In this document: one piece after another, positions 19,881-29,548 of the stretch
Numbering within the stretch: the stretch's first letter is position 1
Layout of the letters: every line of letters starts with the position of its first letter
NCBI GenBank assembly: GCA_963663805.2
Contig: CAXXMR010000009.1
Location: forward strand, 256,001-320,000
DNA from: Sedimentisphaerales bacterium
GTDB taxonomy: Bacteria > Planctomycetota > Phycisphaerae > Sedimentisphaerales > SM23-30
DNA length: 64,000 nt
Direction of reading: 5' to 3'
Translations under genes and position numbers: made by a program
The notes under the pieces: generated by a model
Seen by the model: the letters and a program-made list of their open reading frames with translations, nothing else
The model's database searches: none
Told to the model about the DNA's origin: nothing

Positions 19881-22760
19881 CTACTTAGGGATACTGATAA
19901 TCTGTGAATCGTCGTCGAACAGGGCGCGATTAAAACAGCGTACGTAACCTCTTTCGGTTCCAATAAAAATGTCCTGGCGGCCATCGCCGTCGTAATCCCA
20001 TACCGCAGGTGAGCAGGAATGGGTGCCATAATACAGTTTTTCGCCGTCAGCCAGGGCCAGAGTCCGGGCTGGCTTGAACACTGGCTCGGCGTTTGTGCCG
20101 GCGTTGATAAGTATCGCAACGTAGGCGTAAGGCTCGACGGCAAGGTCGTAACGTTGGCCGGCGTTGGTCATGCCGCGTCGGGGCTGGCCAACGAGCAGGT
20201 CGGTTATGCCGTCGGTATTGTAATCGACAGCACAAAATTTGCTTCTGCCATTGTAGCCACTGGGGCCGTCAAGTTTAATATCACTACCGGTGGTGAATTT
20301 CAACCTTTTTCCGGGAGCAAGTGCGGCGGGGCCTTTGATTAAGTCTCTGGGGTAGAGGGTCAGGAAGCCTTCGGGGTCGCTGGTGACGAGTGCTGAGGGA
20401 GTTTTTAGGTTTTTGTCGGTGTACCACATCGCCGGACGGGTACGCCAGCGGTTTTTGAGGGGCCAGGTGTCAATATCAAGGTATTGGGGGTCGGCGAATT
20501 CATAATCGTTTTTTCGCGGAGCGATGTTTTTGAGCCAGTAATTGTAGCCGGTGATGTCGCTGAGTACTACATCCGTTTTGCCGTCGCCGTTGAAGTCGCA
20601 AGGGTTGGGGGCGAGATAGCCCCAGCGGGATTCGTTGGGCCCCTGAATTGAGCCGCTGTATCCGGCGGTAGGACGGAATATCTTACCGCCGACCTTGAGT
20701 TTTTCGCGGGTGGCGAAAATCGGGGAGGTCTTAGTACCGCTGTTAGCGAAATAATTGAGGAATCCAGATGCGTCGCCGGTAACGACATCCCAAAGACCGT
20801 CACCGTTGAGGTCCACGATGGTGGGCACGACCAGGGACTCGGACCAAAGGTTGGCACCGGCGAATTCGAGAATCTCGGTTTCGACGAGCAAACTGTTTTC
20901 GATTTCGCAAACAACGGTTATGCCGGGGTTGGAGCCGACGAGAATATCAGTTTTGCCGTCATGGTTGTAATCGCAAACCTCAAAACGCTGGTCGAAGTAG
21001 CTGTATTGAGATACTGTAGAGTCGCGATAGGCGCCGACCGGCAGGGCCAGCTCGATTCGGGTGGGGTCTTTGGAGGTATTATAATAAATCAGGCTCTGGT
21101 CCACACCGCAGCCGAGGAGCAAATCGAGAGTTCCGTCAACATTGATGTCGGCCAGAGCGACCGACATCTGCGTAGTAGGTATCTCTATAGGGCGACCATT
21201 AACGTTTAGTTTTTGGGCGGGGGCAAATTCTGGTTCGGTATCGGTGCCGTTATTTAGGACAAGGTAAACGGAACCGACAGGCGGATCGCCGTACCATTTG
21301 TTGTACTGGTCGTAACCGCGGCCATAGCCGATGTTGGGGTTGCCATGTCCCTTGTTCCATGGGTCTGAGCCGTCCCACCACCACGTACCGCTAAATGCAC
21401 CGATGAGCAAATCGCGAGTTCCGTCGGCGTTGGCGTCAACGAGGGAAATGTCGAATACTTCATCTTCGGCGAGACCGGCCAGGGGGAATTTGGCCTGATG
21501 CTCGATGGTTTTGCCTTCGGGGGTATCGAGGCTTTTCCAAAGATTGACGATTTGGTTTTTGCAGGAATAAGCGTAGATGGTGCCGTCGCTTTGCTGGAAC
21601 ATGTCGACGGTTAGCAGTGATTTTCCGGCGAAGGCGATTTCGGGTGCTTTGTAAACAGGTTCTCGAACAGTGCCGATGTTTTCGTAGAAGAATATGCGAC
21701 GGGGTATGACATAGGAGATGAGAAGGTCGTCGAGGCCGTCATTATTGTAGTCGAGGATGACGGGGTAACCGGCCAGACCCTGTCCGGCGGAGGTGAGATC
21801 GGTGTGGCCGACGCTTAATGGTTCGCCGGCACCTATCAAGGGGATAGGAGCCGCAGGCTTATCGAGAGAGACAGGCCCGTTGAAGCAGACGGCATAGTCG
21901 GCAGCAGTGGTTTCAGTACGCTGCCAGACGATGGTCATGGTTTTGGGGTAGAGGTCGTATTCGGTGCGGAATTCTACGGAGATGTTTGAAGGTTTTTTGT
22001 TTTTACTGTCCCATTTTACGATTTTAACATCCAGGGGGCTTAGGAATTGGCCTTCGGGCAGAAAGGCTTCAAGAAAACGCAAATCAAGGTTCAGGCGGGC
22101 CGGCGCATTGGGGAATTGGACCGGTTTGGCGGGCAGGGAAACCGGCAGATAGATACCGCTTTGAGTCTGGATAAGTTCAACGGCAGAGTTGGTGAGTTTA
22201 GAATAATCTTGCACAACTTCGCGGCTGGTCCAGGCGGCAGGGAAAACCTGAGCGTTTTTGATTAGGCCTTTTATGTCGCGAGCGGGGTTGTCGGTGCGGC
22301 ATTCGGCTCCGATGCGGATGCGGTTGGCCTGGGGAGTGTTCGTTACGATGGAGCGGGTCGCTTCGGAACGACCGTTGATGTAAAGGCTCATGCTGTTGGT
22401 GGTTCTGACGGCACAAACATATAACACTTTGTTGAGGGGCAGGTCGGTTTTGGAGGTCAGACCGCGATATTGGAGTTTGCCGTTTTCAATTTCAGCGACG
22501 GTTACGAATTCAAGTTTAGTACCGCTCATTCTCAGGCCGAACAGCAACTCTTTAGGATTATCAGTGTTGAAGGCGGAGATGATGTAGTTGCCAATACCTT
22601 CGGAGTAAGCATTAACGCGAACCTGGGCACGAAGGGTTACGAGCTGGTCGGCGGTGCCGGGAAAATTATTTTCGGGGTAAGTTTCAGCGGCGGCAATGCC
22701 AACGAGGGCAACTATTAAGATTGTTATCGCAGTTCTAATCATAGAGGCCTTATTTGTCAT
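19881..22760 (-). CDS. Secreted LamG-like + FG-GAP/VCBS repeat protein
   Basis: Signal peptide; many DxNxDGxxDL repeats (DYNNDGLDDL, DINVDGTLDL, DFNGDGKTDV, DYDGDGRQDI). Confidence 0.82.
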   Translation of the reverse strand: MTNKASMIRTAITILIVALVGIAAAETYPENNFPGTADQLVTLRAQVRVNAYSEGIGNYIISAFNTDNPKELLFGLRMSGTKLEFVTVAEIENGKLQYRGLTSKTDLPLNKVLYVCAVRTTNSMSLYINGRSEATRSIVTNTPQANRIRIGAECRTDNPARDIKGLIKNAQVFPAAWTSREVVQDYSKLTNSAVELIQTQSGIYLPVSLPAKPVQFPNAPARLNLDLRFLEAFLPEGQFLSPLDVKIVKWDSKNKKPSNISVEFRTEYDLYPKTMTIVWQRTETTAADYAVCFNGPVSLDKPAAPIPLIGAGEPLSVGHTDLTSAGQGLAGYPVILDYNNDGLDDLLISYVIPRRIFFYENIGTVREPVYKAPEIAFAGKSLLTVDMFQQSDGTIYAYSCKNQIVNLWKSLDTPEGKTIEHQAKFPLAGLAEDEVFDISLVDANADGTRDLLIGAFSGTWWWDGSDPWNKGHGNPNIGYGRGYDQYNKWYGDPPVGSVYLVLNNGTDTEPEFAPAQKLNVNGRPIEIPTTQMSVALADINVDGTLDLLLGCGVDQSLIYYNTSKDPTRIELALPVGAYRDSTVSQYSYFDQRFEVCDYNHDGKTDILVGSNPGITVVCEIENSLLVETEILEFAGANLWSESLVVPTIVDLNGDGLWDVVTGDASGFLNYFANSGTKTSPIFATREKLKVGGKIFRPTAGYSGSIQGPNESRWGYLAPNPCDFNGDGKTDVVLSDITGYNYWLKNIAPRKNDYEFADPQYLDIDTWPLKNRWRTRPAMWYTDKNLKTPSALVTSDPEGFLTLYPRDLIKGPAALAPGKRLKFTTGSDIKLDGPSGYNGRSKFCAVDYNTDGITDLLVGQPRRGMTNAGQRYDLAVEPYAYVAILINAGTNAEPVFKPARTLALADGEKLYYGTHSCSPAVWDYDGDGRQDIFIGTERGYVRCFNRALFDDDSQIISIPK

Positions 22761-23694
22761 TTAAGCAGGAATCAAGTAAATCATCAATTGTGGCAGTGGC
22801 GAGGCACTGGACCTGGTCGGCGCCACCGTAGTAGATTTTGACTGTACCGTCGGGTTCGGCGACAGCACCGTTGGTAAAAACCACGTTCATGCTCTGGCCC
22901 ATCAGTTCGTAAGGCTTTTCAGGGGCGAGGATGGCTCTTTTGCTGCAAGCGATGAGCTTGGTGGGGTCTTTCAGGTCAAGCAGCATTACGCCGAGGCAGT
23001 AGACTTCGTCGGTGCATTGGCGACGTACGCCATGGATTATACAGAGCCAACCCTGAGGGGTTTTAATGGGTACGGCACCGGGACCAATTTTCTTTTCGCC
23101 CCAGGGTAAGAGGCTTTTGTCTAATACGCGGCGGGGGTTGCCCCAGTGGATAAGGTCGGGGCTGGAGCAGGCCCAGATGTCGAAGCCGCTGTTGTCGTTG
23201 GGGCGGTCGAGCCGGTAATATAGTCCATTGATCTTTTCGGGGAAGAGTACGCCGTTGCGATTATCGGGTTCGGAGATAAGGCCCATCCATTCGAGCTTCT
23301 CAAAGGCGTCATCGATCTTGAACAGACCAAGCTGGCAACTCGCTCCATTGGTAACGTCGGCGGCATGAACGATATAATACTGGCCTTCGATGCGGGTGAC
23401 GCGGGGGTCCCAATAGGATTTTTCGGCGTCGACATACTCGCAGAACAGCGGGTCGTGGCTGGGCAAAGCCAGGGGCTCAGGCCGCAGGGTGAATTTGATG
23501 CCGTCGTCGCTGTCGGCTACCCACATGTAGCGGGAAAAGGAGGAATCCTCGCAGCGGCAGACCATGATGTATTTGTCCTGGTGTTTGACAACGCCGCTGT
23601 TGAAGACGCTGACAATGTCGCCGGGAAAATCGTCTTTGGTGAGGATGGGATTTTTAGCGTATCTCTGAACGATGTATTTTTTCTGGTACAGCAA
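22750..23694 (-). CDS. GH130 beta-mannoside phosphorylase/hydrolase
   Basis: NPIL, VFNSGV, DPRVT, NRNGVLFPEKING, KIGPGAVPIKT..GWL, NVVF, YYGGAD. Confidence 0.9.
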   Translation of the reverse strand: MLYQKKYIVQRYAKNPILTKDDFPGDIVSVFNSGVVKHQDKYIMVCRCEDSSFSRYMWVADSDDGIKFTLRPEPLALPSHDPLFCEYVDAEKSYWDPRVTRIEGQYYIVHAADVTNGASCQLGLFKIDDAFEKLEWMGLISEPDNRNGVLFPEKINGLYYRLDRPNDNSGFDIWACSSPDLIHWGNPRRVLDKSLLPWGEKKIGPGAVPIKTPQGWLCIIHGVRRQCTDEVYCLGVMLLDLKDPTKLIACSKRAILAPEKPYELMGQSMNVVFTNGAVAEPDGTVKIYYGGADQVQCLATATIDDLLDSCLNDK

Positions 23695-23718
23695 AGTTTA
23701 TTTACTCCGTAGTAAAAG

Positions 23719-23770
23719 TAAAGGGTGCCGCTGATTTGCCGGAGACATCCTATCAGGGCACCCCTTTTTT
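23719..23770. terminator. Intergenic stem-loop between DUF1559 gene and GH130
   Basis: AAAGGGTGCC...GGCACCCCTTTT inverted repeat. Confidence 0.45.
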
Positions 23771-23790
23771 TACGACATCACTAAAATCGT

Positions 23791-24669
23791 TTAATAAATG
23801 TAACCTAATCTGCCGGGGCTGTTATATCCCATAACATCAGCTTCAAACTGGTCCTTCCCATCAATGAGAAGGCCAAAGCGACGACTGGAAATTTCATCCC
23901 AGCGTAAGTATTCCGCATGGCCATCCAAAAAGGTGTAATTCTTTCCACCTTGATTTCCACCGTCGCTGCTCATAGCGTCTATGCCGACATCATCGGTCCA
24001 GCGTGGGATCCTTCTCTTCATGTCGTGAGGACCATCGGAAATTAAATCACCATCGGCAAATCTCATCCAGCCGGAAAAACCAGCTTCAGATTCCGACGGA
24101 GAAGCCTCGGTGGATCTGTATGTCATACTGTGAGTATTAATAAAAGGACGCACAATTGAAGAGGTTTCCAGCCAGACATCGTCCATGAAAGTTACTACCT
24201 CAGCGGTACGCATAATATTCTGACCACTAAAGTGCGTTACAACTCCATTTGCAGTGTAACTAAGATAATAGCCATTCTGGTCTATGGCTTGGTTGCGGTC
24301 TTGCTTAAATAAGGATTCAATTTCCTGACAGATATAAGACTGCTTGGGCAGTTCGCCGTAATTAACGAGGCTGTATATCCAGTTTTCCTGCCAGGTGCCG
24401 CTGTCGCGATTCAGGGCATTTTGTACTCTGGAACCAAGTGAGGGCTTATTGCGGGCATCCTGAAAAGGAAATTTGCCACGGTTGTCTTCAACGTAGCAGG
24501 TGGCACAAAGCTGGAGTTGACGCAGTTTGGAACTGCACACAACCTTGCGGGCCTGAGCGCGGGCCTGGCCCAGCGCGGGCAGGAGAATCGAGACTAACAG
24601 GGCGATAATAGCGACGACCACCAGAAGTTCCACGAGGGTAAACGCTTTTTTTCTTGATGTTGCAGGCAT
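23791..24669 (-). CDS. Prepilin N-terminal cleavage/methylation domain protein (DUF1559-like)
   Basis: Start moved to ATG 24669 ([37 protein letters not shown]); GKNYTFLDGHAE. Confidence 0.9.
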   Translation of the reverse strand: MPATSRKKAFTLVELLVVVAIIALLVSILLPALGQARAQARKVVCSSKLRQLQLCATCYVEDNRGKFPFQDARNKPSLGSRVQNALNRDSGTWQENWIYSLVNYGELPKQSYICQEIESLFKQDRNQAIDQNGYYLSYTANGVVTHFSGQNIMRTAEVVTFMDDVWLETSSIVRPFINTHSMTYRSTEASPSESEAGFSGWMRFADGDLISDGPHDMKRRIPRWTDDVGIDAMSSDGGNQGGKNYTFLDGHAEYLRWDEISSRRFGLLIDGKDQFEADVMGYNSPGRLGYIY

Positions 24670-24730
24670 TTTATTTTCTCGCTGAGCTGAGTTTTCTATC
24701 AGCCCACGGCGGGCTGACATTGACTGTGTC

Positions 24731-25651
24731 TTAATGACAAGAAACATCGTTGGGGTCGGTACAATCAAGCCATTCCTGACTGATAAGGGCAAAGTCGGCG
24801 ATGTCAACATAACAGTCACCGTCAATGTCGGCTTCGTTTTTGACCATACCGGGATAGTTGCAGTCACCCTGGTCTAGCTCGGATAAATCCTGAACGGCGT
24901 GGGAGTAGATTCGGACCTGGTCAATGAGGCCGTCGAAACATCTAAAGTGTGAACCGGTCCGGCGGGCGGCACCAACGACCAGCCAGGGGGTGGTGTAGCC
25001 GGTGGTGATGGGTAGAAGCGTGCTGTCTTCGGTATAAAGCGAGTCGTTTATCCAAACTTTAGCGTTGGCACTGGGCAGAGTCGAATCGTAACTAAACACG
25101 ATACGATACCAAACGCCGGGTTCGATTTTGGTGGGATGGATGTATCTATTATATGTCGGCGTGCCGGCATTATCGTAATAGAATCCGCAAATGATAGTTG
25201 AAGAACGCAGGTTTGAACTATCGGTGCGAATGAAGTAATTGTTACTGTTGATATTTTCTTTGTCGCCGGCCCAGACAATGTAGTAGGGGTCGTTGTCGGA
25301 AAAGCCTTCAGGCAGAGATGCGGTTTTTACCCAGGCGTCAATAGTGAAGGCAGTGCTGATGACAGGTGAAACATCGGCTTCAGCGATAGGAGTCAGGAAA
25401 TCGCGGTCGTCCTCGCTGGTGCCTTTCTCGTTGATAAACTGCATGCAATATCCGCTCAGGCCGTCTTTGTACCATTCGGCGTTGGCCCAGGTGCTTTGGC
25501 TGGTGCCCCTCTGGAGGGTAAGTGAGCCGACTTCACTATAGGTGTTTTCGCCCTGTCCTTCGGAAAAATTCCACATACCAACTATGTCGGCGTGACAGAT
25601 GCCGGCAGTAAGAAACATTAAAATCGCAATTGTGAATGATCTGATTTTCAT
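24731..25651 (-). CDS. Secreted LamG/concanavalin-like domain protein with dockerin-like tail
   Basis: Signal peptide from ATG 25651; FTIDAWVK, FDGLIDQVRIYS; DIDGDCYVDIADFALISQEWL. Confidence 0.82.
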   Translation of the reverse strand: MKIRSFTIAILMFLTAGICHADIVGMWNFSEGQGENTYSEVGSLTLQRGTSQSTWANAEWYKDGLSGYCMQFINEKGTSEDDRDFLTPIAEADVSPVISTAFTIDAWVKTASLPEGFSDNDPYYIVWAGDKENINSNNYFIRTDSSNLRSSTIICGFYYDNAGTPTYNRYIHPTKIEPGVWYRIVFSYDSTLPSANAKVWINDSLYTEDSTLLPITTGYTTPWLVVGAARRTGSHFRCFDGLIDQVRIYSHAVQDLSELDQGDCNYPGMVKNEADIDGDCYVDIADFALISQEWLDCTDPNDVSCH

Positions 25652-25681
25652 ATTATAAACTCCTGTCAAAGGTATTGTCAT

Positions 25682-27352
25682 TTACTGAGCCAGCCAGTTT
25701 TGGGCCAGTACCGCAAGATCGTCTACATCGACATAAAAATCTTTGTTCAAGTCAGCGTCGAGATAGTTGGGGTTATACTCGTGGTAGTTGGCCGGCAGAA
25801 GCAGCTCCTCGGCAGTCAGGGCCTTATTGGTAATTCTGACCTCGTCGATCTTGCCCCAGAACCCGCGATTGACGTAGCTGCCGGTGTATCTGCCGCCTAC
25901 GGTAACCTTGGGCAGAATCTGGTCGCGACGCGGCGCCCGACCGGTGGACCAGGTCGTGCCCACCCCATTGACGAACAGGGTCGCGTTATCGACAGCTTTG
26001 GTGCCGTCGAAAGCGAAAGCGATGTGGGTCCACTGTTTTTCAGGAATGTCGGTGCTGTTGTGCAGGATAGTGCGGACCGTGTTGGGATCGTACCATATTG
26101 CCTCAAATCTTCCTTCTTCGCCCGTACTGTTGGGCATAAAACGAAGGAGGCAGAACAGGGAGTTGTCGCCGGTAATAGTGGCAGAAGAACTCCATTCCCT
26201 AATATCAAAAATCGAGAACGGGTCATAAAAACCAAACTCCGCACCAGTGCCGGCGGCATTGAGCAGGGGAATGTATTCAGGATTTATCCAGGCCTCAATA
26301 GTGAAGGAATCCGTCATTATCGAAGGAACGATAACTTCACTGGCGGCGTCGGTGGTCAGATAGCCCAATTTTGCGTTGTCAATGTCGCTGTAGGTAAATA
26401 CCCCACCGCCGATCTGTCCTTGCCCGAGCCAGTCGCAATCGTGCCAATCGCTGTCACTGGTCCCACGGCGTAAGTTCAAACCGCTCAAGCCTGGTTCACA
26501 ATGGGCAATCTGGCCGACCTGTTCCTCAAAACGCCAGTAGGCCAAAGTGCGGCGTTGGGTGTCGGCGTTTATGAGCAGTTCGTTGGTTGTCAGGCGCGTA
26601 TTGGAAACACGCACTTCGTCAATAATGCCATCGAAACATCTCTGCCTGGTCCACATGGCACCAACACAAAGACTTTCACCGGTCAGGGTAAGATCGGTGC
26701 GCGGCTGGAGGGCAGAACTGCTGACCTCTTCGACACCATTAACCCAGATACTGATATTGTCAGTAGAGATCGAAGCGTCATGGGCGAAAGCAACGTGATA
26801 CCATTGACCGACCTGAAGCTCGGCGGAATGAATGACTGATTTACTGCTTTCGTCCGCGGCGTAATAGTAACCGTTGAGCAAACCTGTGCCGTTGTCCCGG
26901 CGGTTGATACGCAGGAAATAAGCATGTTTGTTTAGGTCTGCCCCATCCGTGCCGCCAAAGGAGAGTATGGTATAAGGATTATAGTAATCGTAGTCACTGA
27001 TGGGAATCGAATCGAGTTTGATCCAGGCTTCGATAGTGAAAGATTCGGTGCTGAACTGACTGACATCGGTGTCGGACTCAGGGCGAAGAATGTCAATCGC
27101 GCCGTCGGGACCGTCAACGATGTTATGAAAGTGAAGACAACTCCCGCTGTAACCTTCGGCGGTCCAGACCGGATCCTGATAAGCTGTTCCGCTGGAACCA
27201 AGCCTGAGAGTTGCGGCCGAGGATGCTATGGGGGCGCAATATGCGTATTGACCGTCATTTTCCTCGAAAGTCCAGTAGCCTATGGTTCCGGCTTTTGCGG
27301 ATGATACGACCGCCAATGTTAATAATAATGTTAAAAGCGTTCTTTTAATCAT
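25682..27352 (-). CDS. Secreted tandem LamG domain protein with dockerin-like tail
   Basis: Two SFTIEAWI...G.IDEVR units; DLNKDFYVDVDDLAVLAQNWL. Confidence 0.83.
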   Translation of the reverse strand: MIKRTLLTLLLTLAVVSSAKAGTIGYWTFEENDGQYAYCAPIASSAATLRLGSSGTAYQDPVWTAEGYSGSCLHFHNIVDGPDGAIDILRPESDTDVSQFSTESFTIEAWIKLDSIPISDYDYYNPYTILSFGGTDGADLNKHAYFLRINRRDNGTGLLNGYYYAADESSKSVIHSAELQVGQWYHVAFAHDASISTDNISIWVNGVEEVSSSALQPRTDLTLTGESLCVGAMWTRQRCFDGIIDEVRVSNTRLTTNELLINADTQRRTLAYWRFEEQVGQIAHCEPGLSGLNLRRGTSDSDWHDCDWLGQGQIGGGVFTYSDIDNAKLGYLTTDAASEVIVPSIMTDSFTIEAWINPEYIPLLNAAGTGAEFGFYDPFSIFDIREWSSSATITGDNSLFCLLRFMPNSTGEEGRFEAIWYDPNTVRTILHNSTDIPEKQWTHIAFAFDGTKAVDNATLFVNGVGTTWSTGRAPRRDQILPKVTVGGRYTGSYVNRGFWGKIDEVRITNKALTAEELLLPANYHEYNPNYLDADLNKDFYVDVDDLAVLAQNWLAQ

Positions 27353-27398
27353 TTCTGCTCCTTTCAGTTTGATACTCGAAACTGATACATAATACGAA

Positions 27399-28244
27399 TT
27401 AAGCTCTTTTCTTTTTGCCTCTTAACAACACACCAAGACCCGCGACAAGCAAAGTCAAAGTCGCTGGTTCGGGGACCATTTCAACGGAGTCATAGAACAT
27501 GACTTCATCGATATAGCCATTGAAACTTCTGCTGCGGTTGTACATGGCGCCGACAACGAGGCTTTCGCCGTTGATAGTCAGGTCGGTGCGGGGATGATAG
27601 ACCGAACTACTGACTTCCTCGACGCCGTCTACCCAGATGGCGACGTTATCAATGGTCGTTGAACCATCGTGGGAATAGCCGACATGATACCATTGGCCGA
27701 CCTCCAGATGTGTCGAATGAATAATCGATTTGCTGTTGCCGTTCTCGTCGTAATAATAGCCGTTGAGAATGCCGGTGCCGTCGGTGGTTCGCTGGGTAAC
27801 TCTGAGGAAGAACGCGTCTTTATTGGCGTTGGCGCTGTCTTTACCGCCAAAAGCGAAGATGGTGTAGGGGTTGTACCAGTCGAAGGTGTTTTCGGGGATG
27901 GCATCGAGCTTGATCCAGGCGTCGATGGTAAAGGTGTCGGTCTGGAACGAGCTCACGTCCGCGGCAGTGGTAGGCCGGAGGAAGTCGGTTTCTCCGTCGG
28001 GTCTGCCTGCGGCACCGAAAAAGTGGAAACAATTACCGCTGTAGCCGTCGGTGGACCATTCGGGATCCTGCCAAGCCGAATCGCTCGAACCACGTCTGAG
28101 GTCCGGCTGGCCGCTCACAGCATTATCGGTCCACTGACCGGTATTCTCCTCGAATGACCAGTCGCCGACAAGGGCCGCACTTGCACCTGATACCAATAAT
28201 GCCGCTGCAAATACTGTCAATAACATTCTCTTTGCCATTTTCAT
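27399..28244 (-). CDS. LamG domain protein with PEP-CTERM sorting signal
   Basis: Signal peptide; FTIDAWIK...FNGYIDEV; VPEPATLTLLVAGLGVLLRGKKKRA; start at ATG 28244 or 28238. Confidence 0.88.
   Translation of the reverse strand: MKMAKRMLLTVFAAALLVSGASAALVGDWSFEENTGQWTDNAVSGQPDLRRGSSDSAWQDPEWSTDGYSGNCFHFFGAAGRPDGETDFLRPTTAADVSSFQTDTFTIDAWIKLDAIPENTFDWYNPYTIFAFGGKDSANANKDAFFLRVTQRTTDGTGILNGYYYDENGNSKSIIHSTHLEVGQWYHVGYSHDGSTTIDNVAIWVDGVEEVSSSVYHPRTDLTINGESLVVGAMYNRSRSFNGYIDEVMFYDSVEMVPEPATLTLLVAGLGVLLRGKKKRA
28063..28166 (-). repeat. 104-bp perfect repeat, copy 1 (inverted relative to 31034-31137)
   Basis: Base-by-base comparison of reverse complement with 31034-31137. Confidence 0.92.
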
Positions 28245-28304
28245 TCCTTCCTTCCTGTTTTGAAAAAATATAACTAAACGCACACAAAAACTTTTAACTT
28301 ATAC

Positions 28305-29339
28305 TTAAATAAATTTACCGGACTGACTGCCGGAAATGAGCCGGGGTTCAACCACCACCCGCACACCTTCATAATTGCTGGCGGTAGGATTGTCGATTTT
28401 CCAAAGCAGTTCCTGGACCGCATGATAGCCCATTGCCTCGGCCCCCAGTTCGATAGTTGCCGGCTTGGGATTGAGTCCCATCAAGGCTGCTTCGTCGTTG
28501 TCACAACCGATAATATCGACATCCACGCCAGGCCTAATGCCTTTGTCAGCCATGATCTCATAGCAGATGGCCGCCTGAATATCCAAGGGGATAAAAATCC
28601 CCGTAGCCCGGTCTTTCTCGGCCAGCCACTGGTCAATCAAGACCGCTAATGTCTGGCGGATTTCACCAATGGAAGAAAACACCCTGTTGCTGTTTGTCTC
28701 CGTAAAAATATCGGCTTTCATGCCGAGCTTCTGAGCGAAAAACTCGAAGAACTCACTTCTGGTTTTCATGGCGAGGTGTTCAGAAAACGCGTTCAGGAAG
28801 GCAACCTGCTTATGGCCCCGTTCAGCGAGATATTCAGCAGCTACCCGTCCGACCGATTCGTTACCGCTAAGCGGCAAAACCACACCTTTTTCCCGGTGAG
28901 AGCCCAGCCAGACCTTGGGAATTTTTGAAATCATCTTCATAACCCGCGGGTCATCGCAGGAGCCCGATAATATCAGGCCGTCAATTGTCCCATTAGCAAC
29001 CGCTGGCGGCAGACTAACCAAATCACCGACATAAGCATGAATCATATTCATGTGCATTTCAACGGCGGCGGAACTGACGGCGCGAGTGGTCTTGTTAAAG
29101 GTAGAGGAATAATCCTGAAGAACATCGCGACTGAGAACCAGAAAAGCAATGTTCTTCATTTTGGTAATGGGCGAATTCCTTCTTTTCTTATAGGCTTCCA
29201 GAGAATAGCCGGCACGCTCCATGGCATCTTCGATACGATGCTGAGCGTCACCAGAGACACGAGCGGTGTTATTAAGGGCCCTGGAGACCGTTGCCGGCGA
29301 GACCCCTGCCATATCTGCGATTTCGATTATTGATACCAT
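28305..29339 (-). CDS. LacI-family transcriptional regulator
   Basis: SIIEIADMAGVSPATVSRALN HTH; sugar-binding C-domain; start moved to ATG 29339. Confidence 0.9.
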   Translation of the reverse strand: MVSIIEIADMAGVSPATVSRALNNTARVSGDAQHRIEDAMERAGYSLEAYKKRRNSPITKMKNIAFLVLSRDVLQDYSSTFNKTTRAVSSAAVEMHMNMIHAYVGDLVSLPPAVANGTIDGLILSGSCDDPRVMKMISKIPKVWLGSHREKGVVLPLSGNESVGRVAAEYLAERGHKQVAFLNAFSEHLAMKTRSEFFEFFAQKLGMKADIFTETNSNRVFSSIGEIRQTLAVLIDQWLAEKDRATGIFIPLDIQAAICYEIMADKGIRPGVDVDIIGCDNDEAALMGLNPKPATIELGAEAMGYHAVQELLWKIDNPTASNYEGVRVVVEPRLISGSQSGKFI

Positions 29340-29548
29340 AGTAGCAATGTACAACCGCCTATGAAAATTGTCAAGACTTTTTTCATGATTTTTTGCAAAA
29401 TTTCCTTCTTTTGCCTTGACTTTGAGAGGCTAAATCTCGAAAATGATAGTGAAGTAGTACTGATTGAGAGGAAAAACCACTATTATTTGGCCAAAAACAG
29501 CATTGGGGGACGTAATAATAATAGCGAGGCCATCAAATCGGAGGAAAA

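Noticed and set aside
25700..26473. 257-aa + strand ORF
   Set aside because: Antisense shadow of the LamG gene
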